From Betaproteobacteria bacterium (lineage in GTDB: Bacteria; Pseudomonadota; Gammaproteobacteria; Burkholderiales; SG8-39), in assembly GCA_034668045.1 (NCBI GenBank), contig JAXDQC010000101.1, positions 1 to 57,364 on the forward strand: 57,364 nt of DNA. Reading direction: 5' to 3'. The position numbers and the translations under genes were made by a program. The notes under the pieces are model-generated. The model had not been told where the DNA came from, did no database searches, and saw nothing but the letters and a program-made list of their open reading frames with translations. How positions within the stretch are numbered: position 1 is the stretch's first letter; every line of letters begins with the position of its first letter. This document shows, in pieces, positions 48,707-57,364 of the stretch.

Positions 48707-49350
48707 CCGCGCGCTTCATGGAGGTGGAGCTCCTCGTCGAGCGCGGCGTGCTGGTGCCGCGCCTGGAGACCGAGCTCCTCGGCAGGACCGCGCTCGAGCT
48801 GCTGCCCGACAACGCCCGCGTGATCGACATGTGCTGCGGATCGGGCAACCTTGCCTGCGCCCTCGCCTCGCACCGGCCGCAGGCGCGAATCTGGGCCAGC
48901 GACCTCACCGACGCCTGCGTCGGACTGGCACGCCGCAACGCTATCCATGCTGGCGTTGCGGAACGCGTCTGCGTGGTGCAAGGCGACCTGTTCGGAGGGC
49001 TCTCGGGCCGCGGCCTCGAAGGCTCGATCGACGCCGTGGTGTGCAATCCGCCGTACATTTCGCAAGCCAAGCTCGCCGGCGAACGCGCCGCGCTGCTCGA
49101 GAGCGAGCCGCGTGAGGCGTTCGACGGCGGCCCTTACGGCCTGAGCATCCACCAGCGCGTCGTGCGGGAAGCGCTGCCCTTCCTCAAGCCCGGCGGCAGC
49201 CTGCTGTTCGAGATCGGCCTCGGCCAGGAGCGCCAGGTGAAGATGCTGCTCGAGAGAACCCGGGCTTACGAGGGCCTGCGCACGGTGGAAAACGCCGCCG
49301 GCGAGGTGCGTGTCGTGGCCGCCCGCAAGATCAACCTAAGAGGAAACTGA
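48703..49350 (+). CDS. HemK/PrmC-like class I methyltransferase with NPPY motif (short, 215 aa)
   Basis: VIDMCCGSGNLA (SAM motif I), DLF, VVCNPPYIS (N-methyltransferase NPPY), EPREAFDGG. ATGA overlap with the ligase stop. Confidence 0.85.
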   Translation: MTARFMEVELLVERGVLVPRLETELLGRTALELLPDNARVIDMCCGSGNLACALASHRPQARIWASDLTDACVGLARRNAIHAGVAERVCVVQGDLFGGLSGRGLEGSIDAVVCNPPYISQAKLAGERAALLESEPREAFDGGPYGLSIHQRVVREALPFLKPGGSLLFEIGLGQERQVKMLLERTRAYEGLRTVENAAGEVRVVAARKINLRGN

Positions 49351-49613
49351 TGGAACTCAAGACGCAGGTCCGCGACTTCATCACCGCCAACTTCTATGTT
49401 GCCGACCCGGCGTCTCTCGAGGACCGCGCATCGCTGCTCGACCACGGCATCATCGACTCGACCGGTGTACTGGAGGTCATCATGTTCATCGAGACGACCT
49501 TCAGTCTCACCGTGGAGGACAGCGAGATGCTGACCGAGAACCTCGACTCGATCGAGCGCATCGCCGCATTCGTCGCCCGCAAGACCTCGCAGGCGGTGCC
49601 CGTCGCGGCCTGA
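49350..49613 (+). CDS. acyl/peptidyl carrier protein
   Basis: 87 aa with the phosphopantetheine-attachment pattern LLDHGIIDSTGVLEVIMFIE. TGATG overlap with the methyltransferase. Confidence 0.85.
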   Translation: MELKTQVRDFITANFYVADPASLEDRASLLDHGIIDSTGVLEVIMFIETTFSLTVEDSEMLTENLDSIERIAAFVARKTSQAVPVAA

Positions 49614-49626
49614 GGTCGCCCTGCGG

Positions 49627-49658
49627 GGCTAGGTTAGTTTCCCGTGGCAGTGCTTGTA
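49627..49658. repeat. 32-bp direct repeat, copy A (duplicate of the secA 3-prime end)
   Basis: ggctaGgttagtttcccgtggcagtgcttgta is 31/32 identical to 51671-51702. It supplies the last codons and the stop of the MFS gene, in a different frame from secA. Confidence 0.9.
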
Positions 49659-50884
49659 CTGCAGTATAGTTTTCGTCCGAGCCAGAGCCAAGCGAGGCCG
49701 GCGAATTGTAAAGCTGCGAGCATGCCGAGTCCCCAGCTATAGGCCCCCGGCGCATAGCCGAGCGAGGTCTGCGGCCACAGGGAAAGCACCAGCCCGACAC
49801 CCCACTGGCCGAGAAACATGACGCCGAACGTAAACGTATTGACCGTGGTGCCCACCCGCCCGGCCATTTCCTTCGGAAAACGGCGCAGCAATGTCGAGTA
49901 GAGCACCGTAGGCGCCGAACTGAAGAAGATGAAGCCAGACCAGAGCGCGAGCGGCCAGGTCTTCACGCCGAGCCCGAGCAGCGCGAGGCAGCCCACCGCC
50001 ACTGTGACCGCGCCCGCGACTACGGTCACGGTGGGGGCGCCGCGGCGCGCACGCAGGTCGGCAAGGCGGCCGAAGAAGAGATAGCCGGCGATCATCGCCA
50101 CGCTCACCACGAAGAGGCCGCGTCCGACCGCTTCGGGGTCATAGCCGGCCACATCGCGCAGCCAAGTGGCGATCCACAGCGTAATGAGCGAGACAGAGGC
50201 GCATTGCGAAGTGCTGACCACGGCGGTGATGCCGCGAAACACCGGATCGGCGACGAGGTGCCGCACGCCGGCGAAAGCCGCCAAGCGTGAATCGCGTGCG
50301 GGCCTCTGCTCGCGCTCGGGCACGACAAAGAACAGGCTTACCGCAACGGCGACGGGCGCAACCGCGCAGGCAAACATGATGCTGCGCCAGCCTGCGACGC
50401 GCAGCGCGAGCTCGAGCGGCACGGTCGCAGTCATCGCGCCGAGCACGCCGACAGCAAAGGCGCGCGAGTTCATAGTCGCGAGGCGCTCGGTCGGATACCA
50501 CAGCGCGAAGGCCTGGAACGAGGCCATCAGGCAGACGCACACGCCCAGGCCGATTAGCGCGCGCCCGAGGATCAGGAATGGGTACGACGGCGCCGCGGCG
50601 AAGACTACCGCGCCGGCGGCGGCGACGAGAAGCAGCGCCGCATTGATGCGCCGCGGTCCGTGGCGGTCGAGCAGGATGCCCGCCGGAATCTGGAACAGCG
50701 CAAATGCGAGGAAATACACGCTGGTGAGCAGCCCGAGCTTCGCCGCGCTTAGACCGAACTCGACTGCGATCTGCGGGCCGAGCAGTGCATTGACCGAGCG
50801 GAAGGCGTAGGACACATAAAAGCCGGCGACGAACGGCAGGAAAACGCGCAGGAACAGGTTGACACCGCAAGATCGCCAATGCAT
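49634..50884 (-). CDS. MFS transporter
   Basis: 416 aa, about 12 TM segments, loop motif LLDRHGPRR. The C-terminal residues STSTATGN* are encoded by repeat copy A. Confidence 0.85.
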   Translation of the reverse strand: MHWRSCGVNLFLRVFLPFVAGFYVSYAFRSVNALLGPQIAVEFGLSAAKLGLLTSVYFLAFALFQIPAGILLDRHGPRRINAALLLVAAAGAVVFAAAPSYPFLILGRALIGLGVCVCLMASFQAFALWYPTERLATMNSRAFAVGVLGAMTATVPLELALRVAGWRSIMFACAVAPVAVAVSLFFVVPEREQRPARDSRLAAFAGVRHLVADPVFRGITAVVSTSQCASVSLITLWIATWLRDVAGYDPEAVGRGLFVVSVAMIAGYLFFGRLADLRARRGAPTVTVVAGAVTVAVGCLALLGLGVKTWPLALWSGFIFFSSAPTVLYSTLLRRFPKEMAGRVGTTVNTFTFGVMFLGQWGVGLVLSLWPQTSLGYAPGAYSWGLGMLAALQFAGLAWLWLGRKLYCSTSTATGN

Positions 50885-50995
50885 GGAGATCGCGCCACGC
50901 TAGCACTGCATGATTCATCGGCGACGCCGATCGCTTCGGCAGCGAGCGAAGCGTTCGGATAGACGCACGCGAATCGCGGTGCGAGAATTTGCGCC

Positions 50996-51649
50996 ATGCA
51001 ACATCGACGGGTCTCCTTGTCCGCTTCGATGCTCGCCGATCCGACCCGGGCGGCGATCGTCCTCGCGCTGATGGATGGCCGCAGCCGCGTCGCCAAGAAG
51101 CTCGCGCTCGATGCGGGCGTCACGCCGCAGACTGCGACCGCGCATCTCAGAAAGCTGGTGGCTGCCAACATCCTCGCCTGCGAGGCGCACGGCCGATTCA
51201 AACATTTCAGGATTGCCCGCGCCGAGGTTGCGCATGCCGTAGAAGCGCTTTCGGAACTCGACGTCGTGTCCGGCCGGACACTACCGCTCGCCGCGCGAGA
51301 GGTGCGCTTCGCGCGCTGCTGCTACGACCATCTCGCCGGACGCCTAGGCGTCGCGATCACCGAGCGCCTGCCCGTGTTCGGCGGCAGCGTGCTCGCAGAG
51401 CTCGGCATCCACTTCGACGCGCTGGAAGCTTTGCGCCGGCCGCTCTCGCGCTGCTGTATCGACTGGACCGAGAGGCGTCCGCATATCGCGGGATCGCTGG
51501 GCGCCGCCCTTCTGCGCACCTACAAGGACAAACGCTGGCTGGTCCCGGTGGAAGAATCGCGCAAGCTCGTTGTCACGCCGCGCGGCCGGACGATGTTCGT
51601 TGAGCGCTTAGGCCTCGACGACGCACTGTTCGCGGACCATCACAGCTAG
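50996..51649 (+). CDS. ArsR/SmtB-type winged-helix transcriptional regulator with C-terminal extension
   Basis: MLADPTRAAIVLALMDGRSRVAKKLALDAGVTPQTATAHLRKLVAANIL. Divergent from the MFS gene. Confidence 0.78.
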   Translation: MQHRRVSLSASMLADPTRAAIVLALMDGRSRVAKKLALDAGVTPQTATAHLRKLVAANILACEAHGRFKHFRIARAEVAHAVEALSELDVVSGRTLPLAAREVRFARCCYDHLAGRLGVAITERLPVFGGSVLAELGIHFDALEALRRPLSRCCIDWTERRPHIAGSLGAALLRTYKDKRWLVPVEESRKLVVTPRGRTMFVERLGLDDALFADHHS

Positions 51650-51670
51650 CCGCGACCCGAGGTGCTAGCA

Positions 51671-54465
<2,795 letters not shown>

Positions 54466-54549
54466 GGAAGCGAGGACCCGGGAGCAGGTACAACCCCCGG
54501 AAAACGCGAGAGTTTATCACGCGGGACGGGAGCGTCCCGCCCGGCGAAC

Positions 54550-55482
54550 CTACTTGGCTTGCGCGACCGAGCCGGAGTTGCTCACGAAGCGCGCCGGATT
54601 CTGGGCCGCGCCGCGGAACCGCACTTCGAAATGCACGTGCGGCCCGGTCGAGCGGCCGGTATTGCCGGAGAGCGCGATGCGCTTGGTCCGCTGCACCACG
54701 TCGCCTTCCTTGACGAACAGCTTCGAGAGGTGCGCATAGCGCGTCACCAGGTCGTTGCCGTGGTCGATGTCGATCATGAAGCCGTACTGCGGGTGGAAGC
54801 CGGCGAACTGGATGATGCCGCCCGCCGCGGCCACCACCGGCGTGCCGAGGTCGGCGAGGAAATCGATGCCTTCGTGCATCGCCCACTGGCCGGTGAACGG
54901 ATCGATGCGGCGCCCGAAGCCCGAGGCATTGAAAGGCGCGCTCACCGGCGTGATGGTCGGCGTGAGCTTCTTCTTCACCGCCTGCTCGAAGAGCTGCGCC
55001 TCGAGGACGCCCATCATGTCGTTGCGCGTCTCCACCTGGCGCGACAGCATCGCGAGCTTGTCGCTGAACTCGGCGAGCGAGAGGTTCTGCGGCGGCATCA
55101 TGGTCGGCGTCGCCCCGCCCAGGCCCGGCGCGGTGGCGAAGCGGAATTCACGGATACCGGCGCTGGACGAGAGCCGATCGCCCAAGGCATCGAGGCGCGT
55201 CAACTGTGCCTGCATCTCGCCGAGCTTGACCGCCATCGCATTGAGGTTCTGCTGAACGAAGGCGCGGCCGCGGTCGGCTTCGGCCTCCTGCGCCGAGAGC
55301 ACCAGCCGCTGCAGCGCCGGCGCGCGAATTTCGGCTGCATAGCGCAGCGTGAGCCAGTAGAGGCCCGCCGTCGCCGCGCAGAGAAGCGCGACACCAAGTA
55401 GACAGGTCCCGACGAAGTGCCGCAGGCTGAGGTTGACGGACCTCGCCTTGGCCATGCGGTCGGAGACCAGGATAATCTGCAC
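54550..55482 (-). CDS. M23 family metallopeptidase (membrane-anchored, coiled-coil N-terminal region)
   Basis: HEGIDF...D..HG....T.Y.HL...V..G..V.....I..SGNTGRSTGPHVHFEV. GTG at 55482 is preceded by GGGAGGGAG. Confidence 0.9.
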   Translation of the reverse strand: MQIILVSDRMAKARSVNLSLRHFVGTCLLGVALLCAATAGLYWLTLRYAAEIRAPALQRLVLSAQEAEADRGRAFVQQNLNAMAVKLGEMQAQLTRLDALGDRLSSSAGIREFRFATAPGLGGATPTMMPPQNLSLAEFSDKLAMLSRQVETRNDMMGVLEAQLFEQAVKKKLTPTITPVSAPFNASGFGRRIDPFTGQWAMHEGIDFLADLGTPVVAAAGGIIQFAGFHPQYGFMIDIDHGNDLVTRYAHLSKLFVKEGDVVQRTKRIALSGNTGRSTGPHVHFEVRFRGAAQNPARFVSNSGSVAQAK

Positions 55483-55510
55483 TTACTCCCTCCCGAGTAC
55501 GCGCCACCCC

Positions 55511-55957
55511 GTGCCACTACCAAAAATCGACCGCATCCTGTCAGTCGACGCTGAACTGCAACCGCTCGTCTTGAAGACGCGGGACCTTCGTGCGCTCCGG
55601 GGGCTTGTTGACGGCTTTTTGCCCCCTGACCTCGCCCGTCAGGCCCGGGTCGCCAATTTCAGGGAGGGGGAACTGGTGCTGCTAGCCGCAAATGCCTCGG
55701 CGGCGGCAAAGCTCAGGCTCCTCGCTGGTCCTCTGATTGACTATCTATCAGAGCGACGCTGGCAGGTTAGTTCAGTTTCCCTGAGGGTGCAACCAAACGC
55801 CTCACGCGGCGTCGCTGCTGCAATGCAAAAAAGCGTGCATTTATCCACACATACGATCGATAGCTTACGCGCCCTTCATGGCCGGATGCGACCCTCGCCG
55901 GCGCGCGAGGCGCTGGGCCGGCTGCTGGAGCGGTCGAAGCTCCCAAAACCGGGGTAG
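55511..55957 (+). CDS. DUF721 (DciA-like) domain protein
   Basis: Pattern LARQARVANFREGELVLLAANASAAAKLRL and its position between the M23/secA and lpxC genes. The start is uncertain (GTG 55511, ATG 55454 or TTG 55433). Confidence 0.6.
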   Translation: MPLPKIDRILSVDAELQPLVLKTRDLRALRGLVDGFLPPDLARQARVANFREGELVLLAANASAAAKLRLLAGPLIDYLSERRWQVSSVSLRVQPNASRGVAAAMQKSVHLSTHTIDSLRALHGRMRPSPAREALGRLLERSKLPKPG

Positions 55958-56872
55958 CTAGCCGTACTGCCGGGCGAGCCGGAGGATGCCGGCGGGGGCA
56001 TCCTCGGGGCGCTCGAAGCTGACGACTTCGAACGAGCTGCGGTCGGCGAGCAGGGTGCGCACGAGCTGGTTATTCAGTGCGTGACCCGACTTGTGGGCGG
56101 CAAATGCGCCCAGGAGGGGCTTGCCCATCAGGTAGAGGTCGCCGATGGCGTCGAGCAGCTTGTGCCGAATGAACTCGTCGGCGAAGCGCAATCCGTCGGC
56201 GTTCAGGACGCGGTAGTCGTCCAGCACCACCGCGTTGTCGAGACCGCCGCCGAGCGCAAGACCGCTCTCGCGCAGGTCCTCGACCTCGTGCATGAAGCCG
56301 AAGGTGCGGGCGCGGGCGATTTCCTTGAGATAGGAAGTTTCGGCGAAATCGATCGCCACCGACTGCGTCGAGCGCTCGATCACCGGGTGCTTGAACTCGA
56401 TCGAGAACGACAGCTTGAAGCCTTCGTAGGGATCGATGCGCGCCCATTTGTCGCCGTTCTTCACCTCGACGCGGCGGGTGACGCGCAGGAAGCGCTTCGG
56501 CGCCGCTTGCTCCTCGATGCCCGCTTGCTGAATGAGGAGGACGAACGGCGAGGCGCTGCCGTCCATGATCGGCATCTCGGCCGCGTCGAGATCGACGTAG
56601 GCGTTATCGACGCCGAGGCCGCCGAGCGCGGACATCAGATGCTCGACGGTGCTGACGCGCACGCCGTCCTTGATCAGGCAGCTCGAAAGGCGCGTGTCGC
56701 CGACCAGGTCGGCGCGCGCCGGGATGTCGACCGGGGAAGCGAGATCGATGCGCCGGAACACGATGCCGGTGTCTGCCGGTGCCGGACGCAGCTTCATCAT
56801 CACCTTCTGGCCGGTGTGCAGCCCGACGCCGGAGGCGCTGATCAGGGACTTTAGGGTGCGCTGTCGAAGCAT
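55958..56872 (-). CDS. lpxC: UDP-3-O-acyl-N-acetylglucosamine deacetylase
   Basis: MLRQRTLK...GVGLHTG......[28 protein letters not shown]. Confidence 0.97.
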   Translation of the reverse strand: MLRQRTLKSLISASGVGLHTGQKVMMKLRPAPADTGIVFRRIDLASPVDIPARADLVGDTRLSSCLIKDGVRVSTVEHLMSALGGLGVDNAYVDLDAAEMPIMDGSASPFVLLIQQAGIEEQAAPKRFLRVTRRVEVKNGDKWARIDPYEGFKLSFSIEFKHPVIERSTQSVAIDFAETSYLKEIARARTFGFMHEVEDLRESGLALGGGLDNAVVLDDYRVLNADGLRFADEFIRHKLLDAIGDLYLMGKPLLGAFAAHKSGHALNNQLVRTLLADRSSFEVVSFERPEDAPAGILRLARQYG

Positions 56873-56920
56873 GTTGCAGTGCGGGATTCTAGCAGAACAG
56901 CGTGAATTTCCCTCTGGCGG

Positions 56921-57364
56921 TCACGCCCGCCGCGGCTCGCCTTCAGCCTTTTTCTCCGCCTTGACCTGCTCGGTGACGTCGTAGATGACGCCAAGGCGGG
57001 CCGGCCGGCCGGAAAACTCGAGGTCGAAGGACACCACTTTCACGTGAATGAGGTCGCCATTCTTCTTGCGGTGGCGCCAGACCCGTTGCCGGTATTCGGC
57101 GCTGCGGTCCTCGAACACCTTGCGCAGCCCGGCGACATCCTCTTCCGGACGGATCTTGTCCGCCGTCATGGAGAGGAACTCCTCGCGCGAATAACCGTAG
57201 AGGCCGAGCGCCGCGCCGTTCACGGCCAGGAAGGCGAGCGAATTGCCATCGACCACCCACATCGCCTGCGGATGGACTTCGAAGAGCAGCCGGTAGCGCT
57301 CCTCGCTCTCTTCCAGCGCTTTCTGGTTGCGCGCCCGTTCGGTGATGTCCTTGCCGATGCCGTG
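56921..57364 (-). CDS. PAS-domain protein, C-terminal part (gene continues past the right edge)
   Basis: Own translation upstream of the track ORF continues in frame: HGIGKDITERARNQKALEESEERYRLLFEVHPQAMWVVD...AVNGAALGLYGYSREEFL...RHRKKNGDLIHV. This is the tail of one PAS domain, a linker, then a final PAS domain with no output domain before the stop. Confidence 0.8.
   Translation of the reverse strand, partial: HGIGKDITERARNQKALEESEERYRLLFEVHPQAMWVVDGNSLAFLAVNGAALGLYGYSREEFLSMTADKIRPEEDVAGLRKVFEDRSAEYRQRVWRHRKKNGDLIHVKVVSFDLEFSGRPARLGVIYDVTEQVKAEKKAEGEPRRA

Overview
57,364-bp GC-rich, GC3-biased bacterial chromosomal segment (GC content not computed). Gene content and order look betaproteobacterial, which is an inference: exbB-exbD-lpxK; recA-recX...alaS; rpsP-rimM-trmD-rplS; ribBA-ribH-nusB-thiL-pgpA; ffh next to ypjD-corC; pilC-pilD-coaE-zapD-yacG; argJ; secA-M23-DUF721-lpxC. 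About 65 protein genes are supportable. They are densely packed, and many are joined by 1- or 4-nt stop/start overlaps (ATGA, GTGA, TTGA). I found no rRNA, tRNA, CRISPR array, transposase or integrase. Supportable non-coding features are a consensus LexA box upstream of recA, a cluster of DnaA-box-like 9-mers between exbB and xseA, two rho-independent terminators, a repeated 13-mer between two LuxR-type genes, and a 32-bp direct repeat of the secA 3-prime end flanking an MFS/ArsR two-gene insert. Most of the window is housekeeping. Candidates for poorly described or undescribed biology are: (1) an Mla/MCE-type operon whose ATPase subunit has lost all catalytic motifs, followed by a TPR lipoprotein; (2) a membrane-anchored periplasmic-binding-domain::LuxR one-component regulator with a paralogous LuxR solo and an orphan REC-GGDEF(degenerate)-EAL protein; (3) an adenylating ligase, NPPY methyltransferase and carrier protein trio; (4) a cNMP-binding protein, a DedA::FAD-disulfide-reductase fusion, a GT2 and a DUF2064 operon; (5) an AmmeMemoRadiSam system with fused B-A subunits embedded in a cofactor operon. 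All family assignments come from reading motifs by eye and need HMM or BLAST confirmation. The very long ORFs antisense to or out of frame with real genes are treated as GC-rich shadow ORFs.
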